Shown here piece by piece: positions 45,422 through 55,661 of a stretch of DNA of 64,000 nt. Location of the stretch: NCBI GenBank assembly GCA_041664165.1, contig JBAYLH010000006.1:143-64142 (forward strand), in the 5' to 3' direction. Position numbers and translations under genes: made by a program. The notes below the pieces were generated by a model. It was given only the letters and a program-made list of their open reading frames with translations, was not told the origin of the DNA and made no database searches. The DNA comes from Candidatus Buchananbacteria bacterium (lineage in GTDB: Bacteria; Patescibacteriota; Patescibacteriia; Buchananbacterales; UBA6539). Position 1 is the stretch's first letter. Every line of letters starts with the position of its first letter.

Positions 45422-46615
45422 TTATGCCAGCTTTTTAATTACGCCTTCCGTGGCATTGACCTCAATTAAATCGCCATCCTTAAAAATATTGGTTGCTATT
45501 TTTGTTCCGATGACACACGGCACCTTGAATTCTCGACTGACAATTGCCGCATGGCACGTGACTCCGCCTTCGTCAGTAACAATCGCCGCGCATTTTTTAA
45601 TAAGTGGCACAAAGTCCGGAGTCGTCATTTTTGTTACCAATACCCGGCCGTTTCTTATATGCTTATCGTCATTTGGCATAATAATTTTGACTTTGCCGGA
45701 GGCAATGCCTGGAAAAGCGGTTTGCCCCCTGACTTCATCGGTGTCTTTTATATTTAAAATTTTTTCTTTAAGAAAATTAAAATTTTTACCGTAGTCAACT
45801 TTAATGTCGCCATCGGTATAGACTAAGCATTGTGTCGGAAAATGGGCATAGGGAATTGGTTTGGAAAGTCGCGCTTTTATTTCGTCCGCACCTGCCCATT
45901 GAACATATTCTTTCAGATTGGTAGCAGCGCCTAGCTTTTGAAAAAAATTATTAGAATATTCATACCAACATTTTTCGTAAGCTTCCTTGCGAAAATCTCG
46001 GAATAAAAATAATTCTTTTAACAAGTTTATTAAAGGTTTATCTGCATTACGAAAAAAATTTGAGTTGATCTCATCAGAGGTTTTAATGCCAAACAATTTG
46101 CTTTCTGAACCCGCACTGATAAGTTGTATCAGTTCTGCCTGAGCTTCATTTTGATTGCTATAATGCGATAAAACAATTATTTCTAAAGTTTTTTCCAATA
46201 AAATCGGAACGGTATATGCCGCAGCAAACTCCGCCCAGACCTTGCAGAATCTTTGGAATTTTATACTCACATTGTCTTGGTTATTCAATGTCCGACTAAT
46301 TTTTAATAATTTTTCAGTATTTTTTCTAAAAGATTTAATATCATTAACGATGGCATTCGGGTTATTTTGTATTTCCTTAATAAATATATTTATAATGATT
46401 TTACGCTCATCAATGTTCATAAAATTATCAGCTGAAATGCCATTTTTTGCAAAGTAGCAGAAAGTAATGAATGGATTTTTAAGATCTAGGCCAAATCGTT
46501 TTTGAAACCATTGGATAAATCCTTGAATAGTTAAAAAAGTCCGTAAAGGTGGCGCCTTTCGGCCGACAATTTGTTCCCACTGTTGATTCAAAATAAAGTT
46601 ATAGTTTTTTATCAT
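45422..46615 (-). CDS. Protein with C-terminal PEP-utilizing-enzyme mobile (phosphohistidine swivel) domain and an unrecognized 300-aa N-terminal region
   Basis: C-terminal VLVTKMTTPDFVPLIKKCAAIVTDEGGVTCHAAIVSREFKVPCVIG matches the PEP-utilizer His-swivel domain. Confidence 0.6.
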   Translation of the reverse strand: MIKNYNFILNQQWEQIVGRKAPPLRTFLTIQGFIQWFQKRFGLDLKNPFITFCYFAKNGISADNFMNIDERKIIINIFIKEIQNNPNAIVNDIKSFRKNTEKLLKISRTLNNQDNVSIKFQRFCKVWAEFAAAYTVPILLEKTLEIIVLSHYSNQNEAQAELIQLISAGSESKLFGIKTSDEINSNFFRNADKPLINLLKELFLFRDFRKEAYEKCWYEYSNNFFQKLGAATNLKEYVQWAGADEIKARLSKPIPYAHFPTQCLVYTDGDIKVDYGKNFNFLKEKILNIKDTDEVRGQTAFPGIASGKVKIIMPNDDKHIRNGRVLVTKMTTPDFVPLIKKCAAIVTDEGGVTCHAAIVSREFKVPCVIGTKIATNIFKDGDLIEVNATEGVIKKLA

Positions 46616-46674
46616 ATCATATTTATTTTAACAAATTTTTGCCAAAAAGACACCGCTCTTCTTTTTTTTACAAA

Positions 46675-46702
46675 AAATTCCTCCCCTAGGGAGGAGTTTT
46701 TG
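46675..46702. terminator. Symmetric hairpin terminator (tcctccc-cta-gggagga) flanked by T/A runs
   Basis: 7-bp stem. It serves the minus-strand gene 46792-47172. Confidence 0.6.
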
Positions 46703-46791
46703 AGTAAGGCGTAAAGGGGTCGGGGAGGGGACGACGTTAGAACCAGGTTATCCACGCTTTTTCAGGAATTGAAGTTATATTTTTATGAAAA

Positions 46792-47172
46792 TTATTCCCA
46801 AAATAAAAATAATTTTTTGAATAGCCGTCTGTCAATAAAAGCTGCTAAAATTACCCCGACTCCATACATTACATAATCAATCGGGTCAAATACGCTCGCG
46901 AGTGCATATATTCTAAAATATTGCAGCGTTTCCGAGAGGGCACATAGTAAAAAAACTAGTATTGCTTTAACAAACCATGGTTTCAATTTTGGAAATTCCC
47001 TTTCAATTAGTTTTAGTAAAAAATAATAACTAAATGGAATTACAATATCAGCAAAGTATCTATCATGAAATGTACTTATAATCTGGTTACTGATTTTAGA
47101 ACCGAGAATAAATATAGTAGCTATTACTATTTCTAGTATTATAATAGCTATTTTCATTTTTTTGTTCCTCAT
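46792..47172 (-). CDS. Small integral membrane protein (4 TM), hypothetical
   Basis: 126 aa, hydrophobic. Confidence 0.45.
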   Translation of the reverse strand: MRNKKMKIAIIILEIVIATIFILGSKISNQIISTFHDRYFADIVIPFSYYFLLKLIEREFPKLKPWFVKAILVFLLCALSETLQYFRIYALASVFDPIDYVMYGVGVILAAFIDRRLFKKLFLFWE

Positions 47173-47473
47173 ATATTTTTAGTATAACAAAAAACACCTC
47201 CCCCTGTTTACCGGCCCGCTATGCCGAAGCGTCAGCGAGGCGAGCAGGCAGGCGAAATAGGGGAGATGCCTTCTCCTGAAACTACGAACACTTTAGCAGG
47301 TTCAGGCGACCTACAGGAATTTCCGCCAGAGGCGGATCTGCTTTTTGTATTTAATAAGGTGGCGGGAAACCCGTAGCGAGAGTGCCACCCGCCCGCCTGA
47401 GCGGCAAATATAAAAGCACATAGGGGTGGCTAGAGGGAATCGTCCCGATTTTAGAATAATCAATCAACTCAAG

Positions 47474-47547
47474 GGTGGCCTACGGGAATCGAACCCGTAA
47501 CGAGAGTGCCACAAACTCTAGTGATAACCATTTCACCAAGGCCACCA
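47474..47547 (-). tRNA. tRNA-His (anticodon GUG) with encoded G-1
   Basis: RC reads G-GTGGCCTTGGTGAAATGGTTATCACTAGAGTTTGTGGCACTCTCGTTACGGGTTCGATTCCCGTAGGCCACC. Confidence 0.85.
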
Positions 47548-47617
47548 TAAAGCCACCTTTGAGTTGATATTGTCAATCGGGATCCCGACTTCATTAATAA
47601 TATAATAATTTTTTGGG

Positions 47618-47690
47618 TCGGGAAACCCTCAACGAGAGTGCCACAAACTCTAGTGATAACCATTTCACCAAGGCCACCATGGACTAATTT
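47618..47690 (-). pseudogene. Pseudo-tRNA-His: intact 5' two-thirds, deleted T-loop and lost 3' acceptor strand
   Basis: 47640-47690 is identical to 47497-47547. The T-arm is reduced to gggtttcccgac and the acceptor 3' strand is replaced by an A-run. Confidence 0.7.
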
Positions 47691-47704
47691 TTACCCTTAT
47701 CACT

Positions 47705-47776
47705 CGCCCCCGCGTGGAATCGGACCACGATCTAAGGCTTAGAAGGCCCTCGTTCTATCCATTGAACTACAGGGGC
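47705..47776 (-). tRNA. tRNA-Arg (anticodon UCU)
   Basis: RC reads GCCCCTGTAGTTCAATGGATAGAACGAGGGCCTTCTAAGCCTTAGATCGTGGTCCGATTCCACGCGGGGGCG. Confidence 0.8.
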
Positions 47777-48358
47777 TCAAGATAGGTTATGATATCAGAC
47801 TGAGACAGGGCGAGTGACAAGAGCAAAACCTTTTTCGTCCATATAAATTCATGAGAGTCAGGCGAGTCGGGCGGGGAAGGCTGTTGCTCTATCTAGTTGC
47901 TCGCCTCGCATCGCCAGCTAGATGGGCTACGGCGAAGCGGGAGCTACGGGATCTTATATTATTAGGCTCTCGCTTACCTCGCCTAAAATTTTTATTTTAA
48001 ACTATTTTTTTGAAAATGTAAGTCGACCTGCCCGCCAGCGGCTGCACCTTAGATTAGGGGTAAAATGTGACACCTGCCTATCGGCAGGCAGGAATGAGGC
48101 AGTCTTTACGGTAGCCTTTTTTTATTTGACTAACAAGAATAAATGTAGTCTATTATAAAATACGGGAAAAGTCAATTCAAATATTTATAAAAAATTTCCG
48201 CCGACTGCCTGAAAAGCCGGTTGGTTTTGGTGAAAAAGCAGTCGAAACTGGAAAGATAGGAACAATTGAAAAGAATGATTGGCAAAAACTATGAGTGGGA
48301 GTATACTTAAAATAGTCCTGTTTTTCGCTGGGTTAAAACATAATCAACAAGATAGGGT

Positions 48359-48757
48359 ATGCTAAAAAAATTATTTAGCAGAAAGAAATCAGCTCGCCGG
48401 GTTTTAATAGTCGAGGATGACGCGCTATTATCCAGAGCTATGGCCGAGAGTCTAAAAGCGGAAAAAGTCGAAGTTTTGGTGGTTGGTAACGGCTCAAACG
48501 TTTTGGCTGAGGCGATCCGATTTTCACCCAAGGTTATTTTATTGGATTTAATTCTGCCCGGTATTGATGGCTTTATGGTGTTAAAACAGCTTAAAGAAGA
48601 AATTAAAACTAAAAATATACCGGTGGCCGTTGTTTCTAACTTGGATCAAATCAGTGACGTTAAGTCGGCTAAGACCTTGGGTGCGGATCAATATTTTCTC
48701 AAAGCCAATACTAAAATAAATATTATTATTCAATATGTCAAAGATAAATTAAAATAA
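48359..48757 (+). CDS. Stand-alone response-regulator receiver protein
   Basis: REC domain with VILLDLILPGIDG, 132 aa. Confidence 0.8.
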   Translation: MLKKLFSRKKSARRVLIVEDDALLSRAMAESLKAEKVEVLVVGNGSNVLAEAIRFSPKVILLDLILPGIDGFMVLKQLKEEIKTKNIPVAVVSNLDQISDVKSAKTLGADQYFLKANTKINIIIQYVKDKLK

Positions 48758-48761
48758 TAAT

Positions 48762-49145
48762 ATGGCCGAAAACAAAAAAACAATTATTTTGATTATTGAA
48801 GATGACGAAGTATTGCTTCGAGCTTTATATTTGACTTTTCACAAAAGTGATTATACTATCGCCACGGCCACGGACGGCGACACGGGTCTTAAAATGGCCG
48901 AAAGAGTGAAGCCGGATATTATTTTTTTGGATTTATTGCTGCCGAAAATGAACGGTTTTGATTTTTTGAAAAATATTAAAGCCGACCCGGTTCTTAAAGA
49001 CATTCCCATTATCGTTTTATCTAATTTGGGCGATCAAGAAAATATTGATAAGGCTAAAGAATTAGGGGCTCTTGATTATTTTGTAAAATCCAATACCAAT
49101 CTAGTGAAATTAAGGGAAAAAATCGACCAAATGCTAAAAATGTAG
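48762..49145 (+). CDS. Stand-alone response-regulator receiver protein
   Basis: REC domain with IIFLDLLLPKMNG, 127 aa, directly after the previous REC gene. Confidence 0.8.
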   Translation: MAENKKTIILIIEDDEVLLRALYLTFHKSDYTIATATDGDTGLKMAERVKPDIIFLDLLLPKMNGFDFLKNIKADPVLKDIPIIVLSNLGDQENIDKAKELGALDYFVKSNTNLVKLREKIDQMLKM

Positions 49146-49197
49146 CTTAAAATCCTTGATTCGTTGATTTTGTAAATTTTTTAATTTTAAAAATCAA

Positions 49198-50019
49198 ATG
49201 AAAGACAAATGGCTAAACTTGGTTTTGCTTTTGACTAACCGCGTTTATCGCCGAAAGCAGCTCGTAATCGGCCAAATCGGGCTGGCGGCAATAATGAATG
49301 TTGTCGTTTTGGTTATTTTGGAAATGATCTTGGGTTTTATTTCCCTGCCTCTCTATTTGACTTTAAAACCGGAAAAAGTCGTTGCCTATTTCGCCGAAAA
49401 AGGCAGCTACGAAAAAGTTAACACCGATTACAATTTACGCCGAATTTTAACCGTTACCGGCGTGGGTCTGATTGCTTTGATTTGGGCGGTTAAGCTGCTG
49501 TTGATTTTAGTTTTTCCGATATTTTACGGGCCATTGCAGCTTTATTCCGTTTCCGGTTTACAGCCCGTGGATATTTTAAGCCAGGATTTAATAACTACCG
49601 AAACTGGCATTCAAACCGCGCGCCTCGTCGATTCAATGCCTAAGCCTCAAATCTTGCAAGTGCGAAAAGTCAGCGGGGGAGATTACGCTTTTTTCGGCAA
49701 AGGACAACCTGATACCCAGGTTGTTTTATTGTTATCTGATATTTCCACGGCCATTTATACCGCGCCCGTTGATAAAAACGGCAATTGGCGAATTGATCAG
49801 CAGCAAAAAAAATTCAAATTGAGCGAAGGCAATCACTCAGTTATAACTTTTAGCTATGATTCTAAACTGGGTATTAGAAGCCAGCCATCACCGCCGCAAT
49901 TTTTTAAAGTTACTTCTTCCTGGGCTGATTACCTGGTGAAAAATATCGATTCGTTTGCTAATTGGTCGGTGATAATTATTATTATATTTGGCATATTTTT
50001 AATCTTTTTAGTCGTCTAA
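49198..50019 (+). CDS. Membrane protein with N- and C-terminal TM segments; N-terminus is paralogous to the following giant protein
   Basis: MKDKWLNLVLL...KQLVIGQ...LPLYLTLKPEKV parallels MQARWLNLFF...KQKIIGA...LPIYILVPPTKV at 50024. Confidence 0.6.
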   Translation: MKDKWLNLVLLLTNRVYRRKQLVIGQIGLAAIMNVVVLVILEMILGFISLPLYLTLKPEKVVAYFAEKGSYEKVNTDYNLRRILTVTGVGLIALIWAVKLLLILVFPIFYGPLQLYSVSGLQPVDILSQDLITTETGIQTARLVDSMPKPQILQVRKVSGGDYAFFGKGQPDTQVVLLLSDISTAIYTAPVDKNGNWRIDQQQKKFKLSEGNHSVITFSYDSKLGIRSQPSPPQFFKVTSSWADYLVKNIDSFANWSVIIIIIFGIFLIFLVV

Positions 50020-50023
50020 CTGT

Positions 50024-53000
50024 ATGCAAGCTCGCTGGCTAAATTTGTTTTTTCGTTATTCCGGCTACACCTTTAAGTTAAAGCAAAAAATAATCGGCGC
50101 CGACAATTGGCTGGTCGCCGGGTCTTATGCCGTCTTGTTGATTGTTTCCGAATTGGGTTTTACGGTTGTGTCTTTGCCGATTTACATTTTAGTACCGCCG
50201 ACAAAAGTCCAGGAAGAGGGGTTTGTTTTTCCCAAAGCAATTAAAGATAAGCCGCAATTTCAAACTTATGCGGTCAGAAGGAAAATTAGCTTAGCTACTT
50301 TTTTTGGGGCGGGGGGGATTTTTTTATTAAAGCTTATTTTTATCGGTTTGGTTTCATCTTATCTTTTAGGGGCTCAAGCGCTTTTAGCCGCCAGCCAGGA
50401 TTGGAATTTCAGCACGGCAGGCGATTACACTTATCCGGCTGGTAAAATTGTAGTTACGGGTGGAGTAGCTCAACTAGTAGATCAAGGCACGGGCGGAAAC
50501 TGTTTGGGTACGGCAAATGCCTGCAATACTTTTGTTACCTCGCCAACTTGCATTGCCCAAGCCGGCTGTGCGTGGGGTGGAGCGGCTTCGGGTGCTACCA
50601 CTAATCCGGACTTTACCTCTAACTCCACTGGCTGGACCGGCGCCGACTGGCTCTGGACGGCGACGACGGAAACTCGGGTAACGTCGGGGGGTAATCCAAC
50701 CGCTTTTATTCAGGTTAATATTCCTAAGGCTAAAAATATCATCGGCGGGGGCTATTGGTATCAGGCATTCACGACGACGGCTGCTAATCCGACGGCGACG
50801 GTAAGCTTTGATTGGAAAAGTATTGCTTACGCCGCTGGCACCTCCGTAACGGCCTATGTTTTTGTTGATACCGGTTTTGGTGTGCCGACTATCGGTTCGC
50901 AGGTTTGGTCACAGACAATTACCGCTACAACGGCCTGGGCGTCGGTAACTAATATTAATGTGTCTTCAAAAGTTGCGGCGGCCGGAACTTATTATTTGAA
51001 AGTTGCTTACTATGTTACCGGCGGCAGTGGAAGTGTTGGCCCATTTACGGTTGGTTTCGATAACGTGCAGCTTAATTGGTCTAAGGCCGCCAGTTGCACC
51101 GGTACGCCAACGGCCTGCAATGCTTTTGTCACCTCGCCAACTTGCACCGCGCAGGGCGGTTGCGCTTGGAATACTGTGTCTGTTTATCCGACGGATTCTC
51201 CTGCCATTTATCCCAATACTTCACTGGCTCCCGCCGGGGTTACCAACTGGAATTTATTTACTGAAACCGCCACGAAAAACGGCGGTGCCATTAATTATCA
51301 GCTTTCCGATGATGAAGGTGTTACTTGGCAATATTGGAACGGCTCGGCTTGGGCCGCGGCATCTACCGCCGCTAATTCCAATTCCGCTTCGGTGATTAAT
51401 ACCAATATTGCTTCGTTTTCCGCCGCCGCCGGCAAAATAAAATGGCAAGCATTTTTAGTCAGCAACGGTTCGCAGCAGATTATCTTAGATAATGTTTCTA
51501 TCGGTTATACGCAAAATGCGGCGCCCAGTGTTCAAAGCTTAACGGCGGCGCAAGACACTTCTTCCGGTTTTGTCCGCATCAATTATAATTTGCAGGATGG
51601 TAATAGCGATTCAATCAATTTGGTAAATTATGAATATTCTTTAACCGGCGCTTTTACTGGCGAAGAATTACCCATGACTGCCGCTAGCGATCCGGCGCAT
51701 AGCGGAATAACCGCCTTGACCAGCTCGCCGACCGGCGTGGCTCACGCCTTTGTCTGGAATGCCGGAAACGATTTAGGGTCGGTGTTTGCCAATACTATTT
51801 ATATCCGGTTGCGCGCCTATGATGGCATCACAAATAGTGGCTATGAAGTCTCGGCGGCAGTGAGTGCGGACTACGTTTTACCGGTTGTTTCGGCGGTAGC
51901 CGCGGTGCAAATGCCGGCCAGCGCCGATATTCAAATTGGTTATAATTTGTTTGATCATACGGCGGATAATATTTTAGTTGAATTGCAAGTTTCTTCGGAT
52001 GGGGGATTGAACTGGACCGTGCCCGTTACATCAGTCAGCGGCGATATCGGTTCGACGGTTTCTAGCGGTAACGGCAAGTCAATCATTTGGCAGGCGGGTA
52101 CGGATTTTGCCAACCAGGAACAGAATAACATGATGGTTAGAGTCCGCGCCAAAGACAAATATCAAAATCAGGGTAATTATATTGACTCAGCAAGTTTTGT
52201 TTTGGATAATCGCGCGCCCATAATTGCCGCGCCGGTAAATTTATTAGCCCAGCCTTTGGCCGGCGCGACGACGGTTTTAGTTGGTGGGAGTTTTAGCGAA
52301 GGCAATCCCAATACTAATAATTTTTACGTAGCGCTTAATGGCAACGCTTACGGCTCAGCCGAAGCCGGCGATACCAATACGGCGACGCCTTCGGATAAAA
52401 GCGTTTCGGCGGCGGCAACTTTGGACGGCAATGATTATATTTCGGCGGTAAAAATAGAGCACGCTGATGATTTTGGCCATTTGACGGTTAATGAAAATAC
52501 TTCGCCCAACTCCGCCTATAAATATGTAAAGCCGTATACTCCGCCAGCGCCGACGGTCGGTGCTTTAGCGGAAAATTCCGTTGAGGTAACAATTAACAAG
52601 CATTCTGCCGAGACAGATGGCTTAAAATATGCGATTTTTGAAAACACGCAAAGTTTATACGTGCAAAGCGACGGCTCTTTGAATTCCAATCCGGATTGGC
52701 AAGCCGCGGGCACCGTTACGGTTACTGGCTTGTCGCAGCCGATTTCGCAATATATTTTTCAAGTCAAATCGCGAAATACCAGCGATACCGGCTTGGCAGC
52801 CACCAGCGAAAGCGATTATTCCAGTGGGGCTTCTTCCAGCTACCAATCCCCGCAGGTGGTTATTAATTCCGTCGCTCAGACAACGAATGACACTAAGTAT
52901 GTGGTGATAAATTACACCGGCACTGATCATCAAAATCAAGCGAACAATTTAACCAAATACGAATATTCCCTTAATGGTACGGATTGGCAAGTAATGACAG

Positions 53001-55654
53001 AAAAATCCGGAGTTGGCAGCGCCGGCGTAGCCAGTTTGGCGTTTACCGCCGCCGGCGCGAATTTGGTTTTTGCTTGGGATGTCGGAGTTGACCTGCCGAA
53101 TGTTGAAGATTCTACGGTTTATGTCCGGCTCGAGTCAAATGATTTAATTACCAATAGTAATCTGGCGGTTTCATCTGCCTTTGTTGTGGATACGGCCGGA
53201 CCGGTTGTTTCAAACATCCAGGCAATTCAAACGCCCGGCACTGACAACGTGTCAATTTCGTACGACTTAGCCGATGGTGCCGGCGCTAACAATGCCGTTA
53301 CTTTGTCTGTCTCCGATGATAGCGGCACTACTTATGCGGTGTCGGCGCCAAATAAAACCGGCGCTGTCGGCAGCGGCGTTACCGCCGGTTTGGCGCGCAG
53401 TATTGTTTGGGTGGCCGGCGTTGATTTTAATAATCAAGAAAACGGCACGATGAGAATAAAGATTATAGCGACCGACAGCTATGGCAATCAAGGCAGTTCC
53501 CTTGAATCAGCCGATTTTTCCGTGGACACAAAAGCGCCGGTCATTAGCGATGTGGTAGCGGCGCAGGATTCGGGCTCGGCTTTGGTGGCTGTTACTTATA
53601 CTTTGGCCGACTTAAGCTTAGCCGATGTTGAGTTTAGCGTTTCGGCTAATAGCGGCGGTAGTTGGATTGTCGCCACCACTACTTATATGGGTAATATTGG
53701 TTTAGGGCAGTCAGCCGGGGTTAAAAATTTTAATTGGAACGCGGGGACTGATTTTCCCGATCAAGAATTAGCAACTATGAAAGTTCGCGTCCGCGCCGCT
53801 GATGCTTTCGGCCATCAAAGCGCGGATGAAGAGTCATCGGATTTTAGCGTGAATACCAAAGTGTTGTCTATTGCCAATATTACCGCCGCGCAAGACCCGG
53901 GATTAAAAACCGTAACCATCCATTACGACTTGAATAAAACAGCCTCAATTTATCTGGATATTTCTGCTGACAGCGGAATGAGCTGGAATGTGGCCACCAC
54001 GACTTTGTCCGGACAGATCGGCGATTCTATCACCGCGGGAAATAATAAAACGGTAAGTTGGAACGCCGGCGTGGATTTTAATAACGACGAAAAAGCCAGT
54101 CTGCGCGTCCGGCTGAGCGGTATTGATAGCACCGGCGTGGCCAGCCCAGAGTATGAATCCGCGGATTTTTCCGTGGATACGGCGCCGCCGCTGGGCTTAT
54201 TATCTTTAAATAAATTCGCCAGTACCGATAATTCGGTTACTTTGGCTTGGGAAGCTAATACCGATGCCAATTTTAGCCATTATGAACTATGGCATGGCAC
54301 CAACCAAAATAATGTTGATAGCCGCAGCGGTGTTGCCAGTAAATGGAGCATAGCTAATGACGCTGCTTTAAATAATCCTTTGACTATTTCAACGATTATT
54401 ACCGGCCTAACTTTAACGACTGATTATTTCGTTAAAATTTGGGCCGTCGATGATTTTGGCAATGAAAAAACCGTGCCGGCAATTAATGTTTTTGAGGCTC
54501 CGATTCAAGCCCCGGCTCTGACGCCGATTTCTGAGCCGGAAGCGCCGCCGGCCGGTGGCGTGGTGCTTATTATTGATAGTGTGCCGCCGGCCAAACCGAT
54601 TTTAAACCCGCTTGTTACTCCGACCAAAGAAACTTTAGCGGTAATTTCCGGCTTAGCGGAAACTATGGCTAAAATTGATTTATATGATAATGGCGTTTTA
54701 ATCGGCCGGTTAGATAATCTGGCTGGCAGTGATGGTATTTTTAGCCAGGATTTTAATTTGAATTCAGGCGATCATTCTTTAACGGTTAAAGCGATTGATA
54801 GCGCCGGTAATGTCAGCCCGTTTTCGGATCCGGTAATTTTAAATATCACTACCTTGCCGCCAAGTGTTCCGATAATTTTAGCACCAAAAAATAACCTCAG
54901 CATTACGGCGGCGACGTTACAAATTGTCGGCGTGGCAGATGCCGATAATAAAATTCTCATCGCCGTTGATAACAATCAATTTACGGCTGCAAGCGACAGC
55001 AACGGAGCTTGGAGTTTTATTTTGCCCAGCACTTTCGCTTTAAGCGACGGCCAGCATCTAATTTCGGCTATGGCCTTGGACGCGGCGGGTAATCAAAGCG
55101 CGGCGGCGACTTTAACCATAACTAAAACAACGGTTAAAGCACCAGTCGTCCCGCAGGCTGGCAGCCAAGCCGCTGTTTTGCCAGTCGTCCCGCCGGTTTC
55201 CATAATCAGCGAGACGACTAAAGCCGTGGAATTGCCGGGTATTCCCGTACCAACTGTCACCACGGCCGGAGCGGCCGTCTCAGCGGCCGGCGATATTTTA
55301 AGTTTTTCCGGCACGGCTTTGCCTAATTCCGACGTGGTGGTTTACATCCATAGCGATCAGGCCTTGATTTATCAGACTCGCGCTGATGCCCAAGGCGCTT
55401 GGCGCGTTGACCATTCGCAAAGTATCGCGGAATTGGCGCCGGGAAATCATACGGTTTATGCCGTCTTAGTTGATCCGGCCGCTAAAATAAAAAGCCAGCC
55501 CAGCGCGGTGGCCACCTTTACGGTTAGCCGCAATTTTTGGGTGATGGTGTATCAGTATTTAAATTGGCAGACGACAGCAGTAACTTTGATAGTTTTATTA
55601 CTGGCAATTTTTTGGCTCTATCGCCTGCGAAAAACGCCTAATATTATAAAGTAA
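50024..55654 (+). CDS. Giant surface protein (1876 aa) with N-terminal membrane anchor, many about 100-aa Ig/fibronectin-like repeats and a C-terminal TM + basic tail
   Basis: Repeated modules (Y.L.D....N...YEYSL.G..W and V...A.D.Y.N.G), Thr/Ser/Ala-rich composition, and a C-terminal hydrophobic segment followed by YRLRK. Confidence 0.75.
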   Translation: MQARWLNLFFRYSGYTFKLKQKIIGADNWLVAGSYAVLLIVSELGFTVVSLPIYILVPPTKVQEEGFVFPKAIKDKPQFQTYAVRRKISLATFFGAGGIFLLKLIFIGLVSSYLLGAQALLAASQDWNFSTAGDYTYPAGKIVVTGGVAQLVDQGTGGNCLGTANACNTFVTSPTCIAQAGCAWGGAASGATTNPDFTSNSTGWTGADWLWTATTETRVTSGGNPTAFIQVNIPKAKNIIGGGYWYQAFTTTAANPTATVSFDWKSIAYAAGTSVTAYVFVDTGFGVPTIGSQVWSQTITATTAWASVTNINVSSKVAAAGTYYLKVAYYVTGGSGSVGPFTVGFDNVQLNWSKAASCTGTPTACNAFVTSPTCTAQGGCAWNTVSVYPTDSPAIYPNTSLAPAGVTNWNLFTETATKNGGAINYQLSDDEGVTWQYWNGSAWAAASTAANSNSASVINTNIASFSAAAGKIKWQAFLVSNGSQQIILDNVSIGYTQNAAPSVQSLTAAQDTSSGFVRINYNLQDGNSDSINLVNYEYSLTGAFTGEELPMTAASDPAHSGITALTSSPTGVAHAFVWNAGNDLGSVFANTIYIRLRAYDGITNSGYEVSAAVSADYVLPVVSAVAAVQMPASADIQIGYNLFDHTADNILVELQVSSDGGLNWTVPVTSVSGDIGSTVSSGNGKSIIWQAGTDFANQEQNNMMVRVRAKDKYQNQGNYIDSASFVLDNRAPIIAAPVNLLAQPLAGATTVLVGGSFSEGNPNTNNFYVALNGNAYGSAEAGDTNTATPSDKSVSAAATLDGNDYISAVKIEHADDFGHLTVNENTSPNSAYKYVKPYTPPAPTVGALAENSVEVTINKHSAETDGLKYAIFENTQSLYVQSDGSLNSNPDWQAAGTVTVTGLSQPISQYIFQVKSRNTSDTGLAATSESDYSSGASSSYQSPQVVINSVAQTTNDTKYVVINYTGTDHQNQANNLTKYEYSLNGTDWQVMTEKSGVGSAGVASLAFTAAGANLVFAWDVGVDLPNVEDSTVYVRLESNDLITNSNLAVSSAFVVDTAGPVVSNIQAIQTPGTDNVSISYDLADGAGANNAVTLSVSDDSGTTYAVSAPNKTGAVGSGVTAGLARSIVWVAGVDFNNQENGTMRIKIIATDSYGNQGSSLESADFSVDTKAPVISDVVAAQDSGSALVAVTYTLADLSLADVEFSVSANSGGSWIVATTTYMGNIGLGQSAGVKNFNWNAGTDFPDQELATMKVRVRAADAFGHQSADEESSDFSVNTKVLSIANITAAQDPGLKTVTIHYDLNKTASIYLDISADSGMSWNVATTTLSGQIGDSITAGNNKTVSWNAGVDFNNDEKASLRVRLSGIDSTGVASPEYESADFSVDTAPPLGLLSLNKFASTDNSVTLAWEANTDANFSHYELWHGTNQNNVDSRSGVASKWSIANDAALNNPLTISTIITGLTLTTDYFVKIWAVDDFGNEKTVPAINVFEAPIQAPALTPISEPEAPPAGGVVLIIDSVPPAKPILNPLVTPTKETLAVISGLAETMAKIDLYDNGVLIGRLDNLAGSDGIFSQDFNLNSGDHSLTVKAIDSAGNVSPFSDPVILNITTLPPSVPIILAPKNNLSITAATLQIVGVADADNKILIAVDNNQFTAASDSNGAWSFILPSTFALSDGQHLISAMALDAAGNQSAAATLTITKTTVKAPVVPQAGSQAAVLPVVPPVSIISETTKAVELPGIPVPTVTTAGAAVSAAGDILSFSGTALPNSDVVVYIHSDQALIYQTRADAQGAWRVDHSQSIAELAPGNHTVYAVLVDPAAKIKSQPSAVATFTVSRNFWVMVYQYLNWQTTAVTLIVLLLAIFWLYRLRKTPNIIK

Positions 55655-55661
55655 TAATTTT

